Positions 48,978-62,787 are shown, numbered from the whole stretch's first letter. The stretch: DNA of 63,547 nt, filler included, from Octopus bimaculoides (GCF_001194135.2; 4 parts of 4 records of this genome joined end to end with filler, not necessarily neighbours in it); one strand, 5' to 3'. Numbers and translations: made by a program. The notes: generated from the letters alone by a model not told the origin.

Positions 48978-50441
48978 TTTTATGATACTTGAACAGGCAT
49001 GTATTTAAAGCAATATTTCATGCTCTGTTTATGCGTTATATATATTGTAAAAACAAGAACGATAGACAGTAAGAAAACTAAGAAAAACGTGAAAAAATGT
49101 GAAGAAGGTTGGTGCAAAAGATAGAACGAGAAAAAAAAAAAAAGAAACGAAATCAAGAAAAACTAAGATCTTTGCCATCCCTGATTGCAGAAATAACAGA
49201 AAATATATCAAAGTCTGCGAGACAGCAACTTAATCAGGAACGGGTGGTGCCCCCCAGTTCTTTAAAAGAAACATGTCCATGTGTGTACACCTGCTAAAAA
49301 TTTCAGATCTCGAACAAAGCAGTGTGTTGGAATTGCTGGATCTAAGAAGAACATAAGATCTTTCTGCTACCCATAAGTTGTGTTTCGTAGGTCCATTGAC
49401 ATATGGTTTGGATTTCTCCACTATTATCCACTGTATGAAATGTGGAGCTGCACTTCAAATTCTATACGAGGCTAGCAAACTTGGTTACATCCCCTTCATC
49501 GATGTGCTGGAAAGAAGATTGGTTGTTTGCATAACGTCTCATGAATTCGCCCTCACATAACCCGATGTAATTCTTCTTTTCAATTGATTTGTGTCGTATA
49601 TCAATTGATCAGCCTCGTATTTGACGGACTTTATCATACACGCCTAGTCAAGTGAGCAAGCTTCAGGGTCTCGACAGTTACAAATGGGAGCGGTCTCTTG
49701 GTGATTTTTACGAGTTATAATGTCCATATTGGGGCACCAGCTGTATGATATTTTTTATTGAGTGCGTGTTTAAAATTTTCCTTTATTTATGATTTATTGG
49801 AAAATGTTTATCTAAAAGAGACAGGGATTTCTTGCCTACGTTAGTCTTAACAACATTAGTCAAAACATTAACAGAAAAAGTAGGAGCGAACCAAATTATT
49901 TTCCTAGGTCTATTTTTACGATTCATATTTTTACTTAATGAGTTGTAATATATTTTATTTTTGAAGTATCTGTTAGCTAGGGCATTGTTTCAGTAGGGGG
50001 CTGCCTTATCAAATATTTGTTTAGAAGGAGATAGATTTGATATCCAATTACTAATGTTGGCTATCAGATTTTTAAAGGCAATAGGGATCTGAAACTTTTT
50101 GCAGGTGTACACACATGGACAGGCTTCTTTTATCGAACTGGAGGGAACCACTCGCTCCGGATTGAGTTGTTGCCTCGCAGACTTTGCCATATTTTCTGTT
50201 ATTTTGTTCTAAACCAGTTGTATTTAATGAATGTTCTGCAATCAGGGAGGACGAAGATCTTAGTTTTTCTTCATCTCGTTTCTTTTTTCTTGTTCTATTT
50301 TTTTCACCAATCTTCTTCACGTTTTTTCCACGTTTTTTCTCTTTTTTTTTTTACTGTTCAGCGTCCTTGTAAACAGTGCCTGAAAGATTGATTTAAATCC
50401 ATGGCGTATTTTATAAATATGTCTGTTCAAGTATCATAAAA
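48978..50441. repeat. Inverted pair (48978-49309 + / 50086-50441 -) of a Naiad-like fragment
   Basis: Shared tatgatacttgaacag..aaaactaagatct..ccctgattgcaga..ccatgtgtgtacacctgc..tttcagatc; the minus copy continues ISNLSPSKQIFDKAAPY. Confidence 0.8.
49330..49560 (+). mobile_element. Possible decayed Penelope RT fragment
   Basis: LQILYEASKLGYIPFIDVLERR resembles I.FT.E....LPFLDV. Confidence 0.35.
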
Positions 50442-50829
50442 TTAGACTATTAGTAGCTCTTTCGGTTGTGTATTTAAATTGATATTTATCTCTCACTGGA
50501 TAGAGTACTTTTTGTAGATTCTACCTTTGTTGGATCTGATATATATATATATATGCACTCCTCCAACAAACATACTGATTAGTATATATCTACTCTACAT
50601 ATATCTGTCTGTCTTTCCTCCATACTGTGGTATAAAATTCCAATTCAACGCTCATTCGTTCTCTATTCAAAATTGGAACTGGTAACTTCCACAATTCCTT
50701 GCCATGGATTATCATTGAAAAATTTCATTTGAAATTGCTAATAAACATTACCTATAATTGTGTTATTCATTCAATCATGGAACTACTTAACGCATACCGC
50801 TTTTGACTCTGATCCTTTCTCTATTTTTG

Positions 50830-50860
<31 letters not shown>

Positions 50861-50894
50861 GGGGGGGGGTGCACGCGCGTGTGTATGAATGTAT

Positions 50895-51225
50895 GTATAT
50901 GTATGGCTTAGTAGTTAGGGAATTCGGATCGTCATCGTATGGTTGTGAGTTCAATTCCCGGTGACGCGTTGTGTCCTTGTGCAAGACACTTTATTTCGTG
51001 TTGCTCCACTCCACCAAGCTGGAAAAAATGAGTAGTACGTGCATTTCAAAAGGGCCAGCTTTATCACATTCTGTGTGATGCTGAAGTTTCCAGTGAACTA
51101 CGTTAAGGGTACGCGTGCCTGTGGCGTGCTCAGCTACTTGCATGTTGATTTCACGAGCTAGCTATTCCATTGATCAGATCAACTGGAACCCTAGTCGTCG
51201 TACCCGACGGAATGCGAGATCTCTC
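50895..51225 (+). mobile_element. tRNA-derived SINE (family of 19070)
   Basis: tggcttagtagttagg..gagttcaattccc..gtgtccttgtgcaagacactttatttc. Confidence 0.8.
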
Positions 51226-51780
51226 TCTCTCTCTCTNNNNNNNNNNNNNNNNNNNNNNNNNNNNNNNNNNNNNNNNNNNNNNNNNNNNNNNNNNNNNNNN
51301 NNNNNNNNNNNNNNNNNNNNNNNNNNNNNNNNNNNNNNNNNNNNNNNNNNNNNNNNNNNNNNNNNNNNNNNNNNNNNNNNNNNNNNNNNNNNNNNNNNNN
51401 NNNNNNNNNNNNNNNNNNNNNNNNNNNNNNNNNNNNNNNNNNNNNNNNNNNNNNNNNNNNNNNNNNNNNNNNNNNNNNNNNNNNNNNNNNNNNNNNNNNN
51501 NNNNNNNNNNNNNNNNNNNNNNNNNNNNNNNNNNNNNNNNNNNNNNNNNNNNNNNNNNNNNNNNNNNNNNNNNNNNNNNNNNNNNNNNNNNNNNNNNNNN
51601 NNNNNNNNNNNNNNNNNNNNNNNNNNNNNNNNNNNNNNNNNNNNNNNNNNNNNNNNNNNNNNNNNNNNNNNNNNNNNNNNNNNNNNNNNNNNNNNNNNNN
51701 NNNNNNNNNNNNNNNNNNNNNNNNNNNNNNNNNNNNNNNNNNNNNNNNNNNNNNNNNNNNNNNNNNNNNNNNNNNNNNNN

Positions 51781-51812
<32 letters not shown>

Positions 51813-51818
51813 TACACA

Positions 51819-51850
<32 letters not shown>

Positions 51851-51904
51851 TATATATATATATATATACATATATGTGTAATATATATATGTTTGTATGT
51901 GGAG

Positions 51905-52130
51905 GTGCAATGGCCCAGTGGTTAGAGCAGTGGACTCGCGATCATGGGATCGCAGTTTCGATTCCCAGACCGGGCGTTTTGAGAATTTATTGAGCGAAAA
52001 CGCCTAAATCTCCACGAGGTGGTAGCGAACCCTGCTGCATTCTTTCACCACAACTTTCTCTCACTCTTTCTTCCTGTTTCTGTTATACCTGCCTTATCAC
52101 GCTTTGTGTCCCCAAGAACTACGTTAAAGG
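51905..52130 (+). mobile_element. tRNA-derived SINE (family of 19070), 3'-truncated
   Basis: tggcccagtggttagagcagtggactcgcgatcatgggatcgcagtttcgattccc. Confidence 0.75.
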
Positions 52131-52134
52131 TACA

Positions 52135-52735
52135 TTCATTTCTACACTGCTCTATGATGTCAAACATGGACTACTGTTAGCGCATCAAACAGCTGGAACA
52201 ATTTCACAGAACGGCACTGCGTAGGATAACGGGCATTCGCTGGCAGGACAGTGTGACAAACCAAGAACTACTGGACAGCTACTTCAACAATATTGCTGAA
52301 GTCTCAGTTACATTGGACTGGCTATGCCGTCAGAATGTCTGACAACTGTGTGCCCTGGCAGCTGTTGTACGGCGAGCTCACGCAGATTTCACGCAAACAA
52401 AAAAAGACCTAAACTGAAGTACAAAGACACTCTGAAAAGTAGCCTCAAATGGAGAGGCATTAGACCTCGTGAACTCGAATCCTCTGCTGCAGACAGATCA
52501 GCGTGGAGGTCTACCTCACGAGTAGCAGCTGCCTTCGAAGAGGACTGGCGACACCATCTCGGTGCTGCAAGAGAAAGACGTTACGGCAGCATCCTCCTCA
52601 ATTCAGTCAACAGACTATTGCTCTGACATCTGTGGGCACCTATGTGCTTCCAACTTTGGACTGCGGAGTGACATGCGCTCTCATCGTTGAAAATACAAAC
52701 TTGTCGTTATCGGACACCGACGGACTACTTACTAT
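52135..52735 (+). mobile_element. RTE (BovB-like) LINE 3' end
   Basis: LRRITGIRWQDSVTNQELL..QLLYGEL..RPKLKYKDTLKSSLK..AADRSAWRS..C..CGHLCASNFGLRSDMRSH*. Confidence 0.85.
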
Positions 52736-52754
52736 TATATATACATATACATAT

Positions 52755-52923
52755 AGGCGCAGGAGTAGCTGTGTGGTAAGTAGCTTGCTTACCAACCACA
52801 TGGTTCCGGGTTCAGTCCCCACTGCGTGGCACCTTGGGCAAGTGTCTTCTACTATAACTTCGGGGGTCGACCAAAGCCTTGTCAGTGGATTTGGTAGACG
52901 GGAACTGAAAGAAGCCCGTCGTA

Positions 52924-52962
<39 letters not shown>

Positions 52963-53310
52963 NNNNNNNNNNNNNNNNNNNNNNNNNNNNNNNNNNNNNN
53001 NNNNNNNNNNNNNNNNNNNNNNNNNNNNNNNNNNNNNNNNNNNNNNNNNNNNNNNNNNNNNNNNNNNNNNNNNNNNNTGTGTGTGTGTGTGTGTGTGTGT
53101 GTGTCTGTGTGTGTGTGTGTATGTTTGTGTGTCTGTGTTTGTCCCCCCCCCAACATCGCTTGACAGCCGATGCTGGTGTGTGTTTACGTTCCTGTAACTT
53201 AGTGGTTCGGCAAAAAGGGACCGATAGAATAAGTACTAGGCTTACAAAGAATAAGTCCTGGGGTCGATTTGCTCGAATAAAGGTGGTGCTCCAGCATGGC
53301 CGCAGTTAAA
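52755..53310 (+). mobile_element. Full-length tRNA-derived SINE with central microsatellite (gap inside)
   Basis: ataggcgcaggagtagctgtgtggtaag..gggttcagtccc..; tail ..ccagcatggccgcagt. Confidence 0.92.
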
Positions 53311-54264
53311 TATATATATATATGTGTATGTGTGTGTATGTGTGTGTGTGTGTGTGTGCGCGCGTGTATGTGTGTGTGTGTATGTCACCCCGAAGCTAAG
53401 CTATTGTAAAATACACTTGCTCAACGTGCAACGCAGTAAAAGTGAATCCGGAATCATGTGGATGGGAATTAAACTCCTTACCACACATTCATTACATAGG
53501 TATATATGAACTAATATTAAATGTTTAAAATTGAAGTAATTATAGATATCTTCCTCATTTGAAAGAGTTCATTCTGCGGGGCACTGAAACCCTATAACCT
53601 AGTCCGTCGACAAAGAATTCTTCTGGAAAATGTCTTAATTTTTACTTACTTAGACAAATCAACCTGTCAGAGTTCTCTATTTTCCAAGCCATTCTTTGGG
53701 CGTGATTAGTAGGAAATACGTCATGTTGACGTTATCCTCGCTGGTTATACAGTGCTGGCATTGTTTGTATACATCTATTTAAATCTGTAGCGATTTGCAG
53801 GGCCGTTACTGAGTTTTGGACATAAGCAAAAAGCACCACCAATGGCACTATACAAAATTTCGCATTTTTAGTTAACAATATAATATTTTCAAAGGACCCA
53901 TATTTGAGGGCAGAATGTTAGGTCCATTCTCATTGGTAAAGGGTGTCACATGTAGGTCAGAAATATTAGAGACTGGACTTCTGTGATGTAAGGGAAACGA
54001 TCTAGTTTGGACAAATAATGATCAAGGTGAAATTATCCACGACTATCGGCTAGCGTCTACTCTGATTCAGGTATGAGGCAGAAAAAGCTCTGTATCCTTA
54101 TCCCAGTTTGTCTGGAAACTCAAAAGCAAAGTTCTTGAAGTATTGCCGATAAAGTCACTCCGAACTTGAATAGATCGCATAAACTACAAACATTTCCTAT
54201 TAGAAAATATCTAGGTATTTAAAAATTTCCTATTATTACGTAACTTTGATGACGGCGAGCTTGC

Positions 54265-54440
54265 ACAATCGTTACCGCAAAGGACAAAATACTTGGTGGA
54301 ATTTCTTCCAGCTGAGCTCAACTCTGCTTTTTGTCATTTTGGAATTGATAAAATCAATACTACTCGAGCACTGGGGTCAATATAATCGACTATCCCCCTT
54401 TTCCAAAATTTCAGGCCTTCTATCTATAGTAGAAAGGGTT
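54265..54440 (+). mobile_element. Decayed Meta-domain-like SINE
   Basis: gataaaatcaatac..gagcactggggtcaatataatcgact..aaatttcaggcctt..tagtagaaagg. Confidence 0.6.
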
Positions 54441-56159
54441 GTTAATTAACTTGGTGGTCAGAGCATTGCCTGATTGCCGTCATCGGAGGAAATTTCTCTT
54501 AGACAGCTTCTGCTCTCTTGAAAATGCAAGGCATATTAATTATATTCACTGCCATCAATCTAACAAGCATCACAGAGTAGTTATCCTTGGACTCCAGGCA
54601 TGGACTATGTTATTTCTCTTACATCATAACAGTACATCCCGAAATATATCTGACAGGCTATGTCTTTCACCACTGTTGAGCCCCTACCTTCACCTATAAG
54701 AAAAAATTTTGAGGCTGATTTGCAAATACAGGTTCCACTATTTCTTAAATACTGTCTGATTGTGAGTGCTCCTTATGTTCGCGAAACTCAGAGTATCAAT
54801 ACATTACAACCTGTACTGAGTGCTCTTTTCTTTCGTTTGAGAACTTAAAGCTATATCTATATGTGTATATATACCATCAACGCTTTAACCCTTCACAATT
54901 TCATCTTCTGGAAGAAGTGGAGAGTGTTGCTGCATGGCCGGTGGGATTGCTATAAACGTGACCAACAAAGTCTGAATTCTTTAACGTTAAAGTTATACTT
55001 ATCGCACAGTTATTATTTCTTGTAACTGATTATTTGTGTATTTATTTTAGCATTGAGTTGCGTTATGAGTGTTACTTCCATCATTAATCGTTTCTATTTG
55101 TGGAAATTTCTGTAGAGCATATATATGTTATTTTTACTCTCCTGACCGTGTATTTAGGACAAAGAGCAATAACAATGCAAGGTATTATACAACATAGAGC
55201 ATAGCTAGATAGGAAAATATAAGTAAGCAACACAACTACACTATACAGAATTTCCCATAAAAATAGACGACTATTAACGAAGCAATTTCATATCACATCG
55301 CATAAACAGACACACAGACAACATACAGTAACCAACAGCAAATGTAAACACTCGAATGATGAGGCATAAGTCTAACTGGAAAAAGAATATGAATTCTTGT
55401 AGTAATTCTAAATCAGTGACATTGCCGCATCTTGCTATAAATGTCAACATTTCTCTTGGAAGATGAGACAAACTAAGGTAGTTTTCAAACAAACTGAAGA
55501 GAATTCATATGAAAATATGAAAACAACATGGATCGAAGAAAGTATCATGAGCCCAGTTGTATTTTTGTAGAACATTTTTGATCAAGATTTCATATTTTTA
55601 TCTACACATACACACACGTACGCACACACGCACACACACATACGCACACGCACACACACAAATAAATATTTATATTTATATTCATGTGCGTATAAATGCA
55701 TACACTCATATACATACGTGTGCACACACATATAATATATAATGTATCTAATATATATAATAGAATAATATATGTGGTAAATGGATCCTCCGTCAGTAAC
55801 GACTATGAATTCTCCAGTTGTTTCATCACCTAAACTTTGCTAACATATTGAATTAAAGTGTAACTGGCTATATATTCCACAGACCTTTAGTGTAATTCTC
55901 AGACAGAATTTCCATTATACTCTGTATGCAACAGGGCTAGCCTTTTTCAGTTACAATTCATTCAACAGGCTGCCATACAATTTCCATTTTCTAATGGAAA
56001 TTGCGCGCGCATACTCACACCCATGCACGCGTGAGCGCGCTGCATTTAGTTTATTTGTAAATATGTTACAAATTCATAACATGTCAACAGAAAACAATGT
56101 CTCTATATTTCAAAGGGGAATCGAATTAAAACAAAGTAAAAATCAATCAAAACCTATAC

Positions 56160-56301
56160 CAGTAAGCTGTGAGATCGATTTTTGGATTGTGTTCTTCAGT
56201 AGTCTCTTGTATTCTTGCATTTCTGTACAGGTGGTTATCAGAATGTCATCAATCGCTATGTCACTTCGGAAACTTGGCCCACTTATTGCCTCGATGACAA
56301 T
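56160..56301 (-). CDS. MAM domain C-terminal exon plus helical linker (phase 0 to phase 1)
   Basis: Acceptor tttctttgtctctag|ATT; IVIEAISGPSFRSDIAIDDILITTC..SQLT; donor TG|GTATAG at 56160/56159. Confidence 0.88.
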
Positions 56302-57297
56302 CTAGAGACAAAGAAAATATAATGTAGCAGAAAGTCTATAGTTGCTAAAACATGCCAGATAAATATTTCAAAATATAATGACCTTATTTTACTGGATTTC
56401 GGGGCCTGATAAGACGAGATTTTTTGATTTTATCCCTAGAGAAACTTTTTTCAGTACCAGCTTCTTTTAGATTGGCTTATCATTTCAGATTCATCAGGTA
56501 AAAATCTTTCTTATATTTAATTATGACATTTCCTCTGTGTTTTCAAATAAGTGACAAAAGAATGTACGCGGAAGGGAGATAATATTACATTTCTTCTTTC
56601 CCATAAATGATCCGTTGAGAGCCAATGAAGGTCAGCTCTGATTTTAGAGTTTAATGTGAATAACGGATAATTATTTCCGGAGATAGTACATTAGTCTATC
56701 GTAGGTAATATCCCTAAATTGATATGGTACTTACTGAGCGGTCACCAGCTGATCTCGTACCTTTTGATCTGGTAGGTATCGATATTAAAAATAGCTTCTT
56801 ATTGATCTGGTAGTTATTTATTCCATTTTAAACATTTAGGTGGACTGGGGCAATGCAGAGCAAAGTTTTCTGCCTATCATATCGAATAGATGTTGACCAG
56901 GTGTTGTCTTGGGGCTACGCAGCAATGTAGAACTGGATGACAAAACAAAGGAACCTCTAATTAGTTGCCCTAGAAATAGCAGCCAAATTACTTTCAAATC
57001 CCACATTACCCTCTTAGAAGGAAGGTGAACACAATATGTAGTGTAGTCCTAGATACACTATGTTTGAAAAAGACAGATGTGTTTCAGTCATGATGGCTTT
57101 GTTTGAAATACCTTTTGTTATGTCTCTTTAACTGGAGCTCTCCAAATCGCTCTCAAATCATATCTCTCTTAAGAAAAGTGTGGGGACAAAAGCTGTAATG
57201 TTTACAGTTGTAATATTTTTAATTACGACTCTAATCAACCAGGGCTGACCTAAGATTAAACAACAACAGCCCTGGTAAAGAAAACCATTTTTCTTAC

Positions 57298-57451
57298 CTG
57301 GAAGTTAACAGTCGATTTAATAACCACATCAGCGACATGCCACTCTTTACCCTGGTCTCCACGAATGGAGAAGATGTTAGAATCTCTACTGCGTATTCTC
57401 AGGTAAACACGTAGCTCTCCCATGCTGCTTCCAAACATGTGGTACCAAAAC
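57298..57451 (-). CDS. MAM domain internal exon (phase 2 to phase 0)
   Basis: Acceptor tttcttccccacag|G; FWYHMFGSSMGELRVY..GDQGKEWHVADV..FQ; donor CAG|GTAAGA. In frame with the 56301 exon. Confidence 0.92.
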
Positions 57452-57656
57452 CTGTGGGGAAGAAATAGCGCAAGATACTTTCTATAATTAGTTCATATTG
57501 GAAAACACAGTTTCTACATGTTGAGTACAGACGTGGCTGCGTGGTCAAGTTCACTTCACAACCATATAACTCTCGGTTCGAGGCCTCTGTATGTCGGCTA
57601 TCATAACCCCAGACTATGCAAGAGAAACCAAGAAGACGGAAACGGGAAGCGTACTC

Positions 57657-57729
<73 letters not shown>

Positions 57730-58224
57730 GTAAAATAGAAGAAAAATGCACTGAAATGATTATGTTAGAAAAATATATTTATGAAGTAAAATATTTACAC
57801 AGTCGACTGAACAATTAGTGATAGTATTAACGATTGCATGCTACCATATTAGTTGTACTCATTTGATGTTGATGGGAAGTAAATAAATAAATTTGAGTGG
57901 GGACAATCAGTGATTATTAAAAGCAGGGAAGATAATTGCTAATTTTGGGGGTAAATAAATTACATGCGGAATTGTATATAAAGATACAATTCTAAGAAGC
58001 AGAGGAGGTTGATTATTTTCCTTCTTTAGACTTTTCCCTTTTCCTTTTTTCCTTTCCGACGAAAAGCTATGCTCAAAACATCAAAAACAAATACATTCCA
58101 TATGCACGTCCTCTTGTTTGCTATTATTTTTAATGTTCGTTTATTTGATTTGACTATATATATAGTCATATACACACACATTTACACACCCTTAGACACG
58201 CACGTATGCACACACACACCAGCA

Positions 58225-59560
58225 TATTTGTTCCCTATGTAGTGTTGCTCTCCACCTCAGTGACATTCCTGTTTCTCCTGTATAGTTGTGTCCACAAAAT
58301 AATAATGTAGGAAAAGTTATAGCGTAGATTAATTTTTCGAATGCACAAGTAAAATCATTCTTCTTTTGTAGTTTTGTCCTTGTTTAAAATGGAATTCCGA
58401 ATCTTCCAGCAAGTTAGGACATGTTCTACAGTCTGATCGCCTACATTTTTTGACTTTTAGTTCTCTTGTTTTTTAGTGTAATTTTGCGCATCTATCAGTA
58501 TTCTTTTTAGTGATTGTGGTTGTTTTGTTTTAACGTTGAAGATTTTATGCGTGGAGAGAATTTGATTCATCTTAGGATCCTTATTGAGCATTGATAAATT
58601 TTGAGGAACAATGCTGCATGCCCCATTGTTTCTAGGGTTGTGAGTAGAAATATAGGGCAATATATTAAAATCTGATGTCATTCTTAGTGCCTTGATATCA
58701 ATTTCTTGGCACATTTTATCCCAACATTTATTAGTAGCGGTGGATAATGTTTATCGACGAGTATGCTTTTAAGTTCATGAAGTCGTAAGTCACCAGCATT
58801 TTTATCAGATACAACTATGCAAATCCTTTTTGTCAAAGTGAAAGGATTATTTATGTTAATGTGTTAAAGATGGTGTGAGTTAAAGAGTAGGTATTGCTTT
58901 GAATCTGTGAGTTTATAATACTTGTCAGTTTCAGTTTGGTTACTAACATTTTTCATTAAGATATCAAGAAATGGCAGTTTCTCTTTGATGGATTCCATTG
59001 TAAATTGTATGTTAGTGTTTATATCATTCATCAGTGTTTTGAATTCGTGTAATTTTTCTATTCTTTCATTTCTAAGAACAAAGCAATAATCTAGATATCT
59101 TTTCCAATTCCCTATTATATATTGGTAAAAGAAGTTTCTATATTTTTGTTGAGATTCTTGATACATAGTCAATTCGAAGTAGTTCATAACTAGGTTTGCA
59201 AGAACTGCGGCTGCTTTTGCTCCCATCGCAATACCAGATTTTTCTCTGTAGTAATTAATATCAAACATGAAGTAATTATTTTGGAGAATAAATCTTAATA
59301 CTTCAATTATAAATTGCTTGTTGATAAGTTCTGGTAATTCTTCTGAATAGTTTTCCAACCAGATTTTCATTATTTTTATTCCATAGTTTAGGGGGATAAT
59401 GGCGAACAATTTCACCACATCAGAGGGTACCATAATTGTTTCTTCATTGATTGTTCTTGGGAGGTGGTTCAGTATATCTAAATCGTCTCTAATGACGCTT
59501 TTAATATATTTTAGAAAGCGTTTCAGTACGATGTTCAGAAAATTGCTTAAGTGTTTTACA
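58225..59560 (-). mobile_element. Penelope/Poseidon-type retroelement relic (RT + start of GIY-YIG)
   Basis: SDVVKLFAIIP, GIAMGAKAAAVLANLVM, WKRYLDY, IQFTME..LPFLDI, TDKYYKLTDSKQYL; CRRSDCRTC..NYTGETG. Confidence 0.88.
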
Positions 59561-61278
59561 GGAAGGGCCTGCTATAATAGGTCTTTCTTTTCTTATATAT
59601 ATATATTTATGTGTACNNNNNNNNNNNNNNNNNNNNNNNNNNNNNNNNNNNNNNNNNNNNNNNNNNNNNNNNNNNNNNNNNNNNNNNNNNNNNNNNNNNN
59701 NNNNNNNNNNNNNNNNNNNNNNNNNNNNNNNNNNNNNNNNNNNNNNNNNNNNNNNNNNNNNNNNNNNNNNNNNNNNNNNNNNNNNNNNNNNNNNNNNNNN
59801 NNNNNNNNNNNNNNNNNNNNNNNNNNNNNNNNNNNNNNNNNNNNNNNNNNNNNNNNNNNNNNNNNNNNNNNNNNNNNNNNNNNNNNNNNNNNNNNNNNNN
59901 NNNNNNNNNNNNNNNNNNNNNNNNNNNNNNNNNNNNNNNNNNNNNNNNNNNNNNNNNNNNNNNNNNNNNNNNNNNNNNNNNNNNNNNNNNNNNNNNNNNN
60001 NNNNNNNNNNNNNNNNNNNNNNNNNNTATATACATTTGAGAAAGGCTCATGTCTCTTATGTCTTGAGACACTCGCCTTCGGTTTTCTGTACTTCTTGCTT
60101 TATAAGTGTTTCTGTAGAGATTACGTTTTATTCCTTGGTGGCATATTTTTTCAATATCTTAAGCACAAAATTAGGAACATAGAAAAGATATACATCAATC
60201 TCTATTTTTGTAAGCAGTTGTATGCATGAGGTATGTCTATATTCTTGTATGCAGTGTAAATTAACCAAATATAAGCAAATTGCATATACCTTGCAACCTT
60301 GCAACTGCTGCGATAATTATGAACTGTTAATTGAACGGTAGATGTGTATTTTTATATAACTTGGACATTCCACGTAACTGTTTTTGTCAACAGTTTCACC
60401 TCCAGCCGTTCCCGTCACATATGTGTAGGTCTGTGTAGATGTATGTATATGCTTAACGACGTACGTAACGGGCGCGCAAACACACACACACTGACAGACA
60501 CATACATATTAATATACAAAATTTGACGATAAGCACACATACACTCTCACATGCAGTCACATACATATAGTAATAGATACACATACAGGCATATATTCAC
60601 GCATGTCTGTTGTCACATGTGTATATGTATGTGTAGATGTGTGTGTGGGTGTTTAATAACGTACCTAATGCGGTAACACACACAAAGTCAGAGACACACA
60701 CACGCATACACCCACACATGTACATTCAGAGACACATACACATTCATATATGTGACGTCGTCGTCGTCGTGGTATAAAACGTCCTTTACTATCTCGTACG
60801 TATCGAACGCGCAAACACACACAAAGAATAAAGTGAAACAATATCATATTCTTATCGCATTAGAATTAAAAGTGAAAGAATGAAAATGACAATATTATAT
60901 TGTCAATTTGTAGACGAAGTTACAAACTCCATTTCAGCGTATAAAGCTGTAAGAGAAAATAACTTGAGTTAAAAACTTGAGCCACTGTAGGATATCCTTT
61001 TCTAATTGCATGAACGCTCAGTGGCATGGTTGAATTCTCATTGGTTAGCAATGAAGATTTATCGGTTATATCACAACGGTATTCGATAGAGGGAGAAATA
61101 TAAATAGTGTAATTAAAATAAGCAAAGTAATGCTGTAGGGAGAACGTACAAATAGCATGAAGACAAAGATATTTTTACACACAAAATAGAAATACACTGA
61201 ATTCAATTTTCAGAGTGAGAGAGTGAGAGAGTGAGAAAGAGAGTGAGGGAGAGAGAGAGAGTGAGAGAGAGAGAGAGA

Positions 61279-61336
<58 letters not shown>

Positions 61337-61419
61337 CTGTGTGTGTGTGAAAGAAACAGACACCGACTTAAAGAGAGGAAGGGTGAAAGTGAGAAAAAGA
61401 AAGAGAAAAGATAGAGAGA

Positions 61420-61730
61420 GAAAAGGGAGATAATCGCTTGAAAACTGCAGATACCAAGGGGAGAGAATCGGTTGAAAACTGCAGCTTTTAGAGAAAAACC
61501 CATGTGAACTACCATGTTTCCTGGTCGGTCTCACACATTACGCGAGATCTCTGGGCAAAAAGTAATAGTGCTTGACCATCCTGGGCACTTAAGTGATGTG
61601 TATGTAAAGTTTGGTGAAAATCGGTTGAAAACTGTAGAAATGCATACGTACCACACATACACACACGCACAAACACACACACACACACACACGATATACA
61701 CACACAAATATACACATATATGCGACAGTT
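61420..61730 (+). mobile_element. Helentron/DINE-like non-autonomous element
   Basis: aagtttggtgaaaatcggttgaaaactgtagaaatgc followed by a (CA)n-rich tract; the atcggttgaaaactg motif is repeated upstream. Confidence 0.45.
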
Positions 61731-61734
61731 CCAT

Positions 61735-62785
61735 CCCAGTCCGTGTACGAAATCCACTCGCAAAGCTTTGGTCGGCCTGATGCTATAGTATATATATATA
61801 TATATATATNNNNNNNNNNNNNNNNNNNNNNNNNNNNNNNNNNNNNNNNNNNNNNNNNNNNNNNNNNNNNNNNNNNNNNNNNNNNNNNNNNNNNNNNNNN
61901 NNNNNNNNNNNNNNNNNNNNNNNNNNNNNNNNNNNNNNNNNNNNNNNNNNNNNNNNNNNNNNNNNNNNNNNNNNNNNNNNNNNNNNNNNNNNNNNNNNNN
62001 NNNNNNNNNNNNNNNNNNNNNNNNNNNNNNNNNNNNNNNNNNNNNNNNNNNNNNNNNNNNNNNNNNNNNNNNNNNNNNNNNNNNNNNNNNNNNNNNNNNN
62101 NNNNNNNNNNNNNNNNNNNNNNNNNNNNNNNNNNNNNNNNNNNNNNNNNNNNNNNNNNNNNNNNNNNNNNNNNNNNNNNNNNNNNNNNNNNNNNNNNNNN
62201 NNNNNNNNNNNNNNNNNNNNNNNNNNNNNNNNNNNNNNNNNNNNNNNNNNNNNNNNNNNNNNNNNNNNNNNNNNNNNNNNNNNNNNNNNNNNNNNNNNNN
62301 NNNNNNNNNNNNNNNNNNNNNNNNNNNNNNNNNNNNNNNNNNNNNNNNNNNNNNNNNNNNNNNNNNNNNNNNNNNNNNNNNNNNNNNNNNNNNNNNNNNN
62401 NNNNNNNNNNNNNNNNNNNNNNNNNNNNNNNNNNNNNNNNNNNNNNNNNNNNNNNNNNNNNNNNNNNNNNNNNNNNNNNNNNNNNNNNNNNNNNNNNNNN
62501 NNNNNNNNNTGTGTGTATATATTTGTGTGTGTGTATATATTTGTGTGTGTGTATATATTTGTGTGTGTGTATATATTTGTGTCTGTGTTTGTCCACCCAA
62601 CATCGCTTGACAACCGATGCTGGTGCGTTTATGTCACCGTGACTTAGCGGTTCGGCAAAAAGATACCGATAGAATAAGTACTAGGCTTATAAAGAATAAG
62701 TCTTGGGGTCGATTTTTTCGACTAAAGGCGTTGCTCCAGCATAGCCGCAGTCAAATGACTGAAACAAGTAAAAGAGTAAAAGAGT
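61735..62785 (+). mobile_element. 5'-truncated tRNA-derived SINE spanning a gap
   Basis: aaatccactcgcaaagctttggtcggcc is head sequence in reverse orientation; after the gap the tail catcgcttgacaaccgatgctgg..gaaacaagtaaaagag is on +. These may be two separate copies joined by the gap. Confidence 0.65.
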
Positions 62786-62787
62786 TA

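Noticed and set aside
56152-56160. Alternative donor ATAG|GTTTTG six nt downstream for the MAM exon
   Set aside because: Same phase but a poorer match to the donor consensus than G|GTATAG; it cannot be excluded without RNA data.
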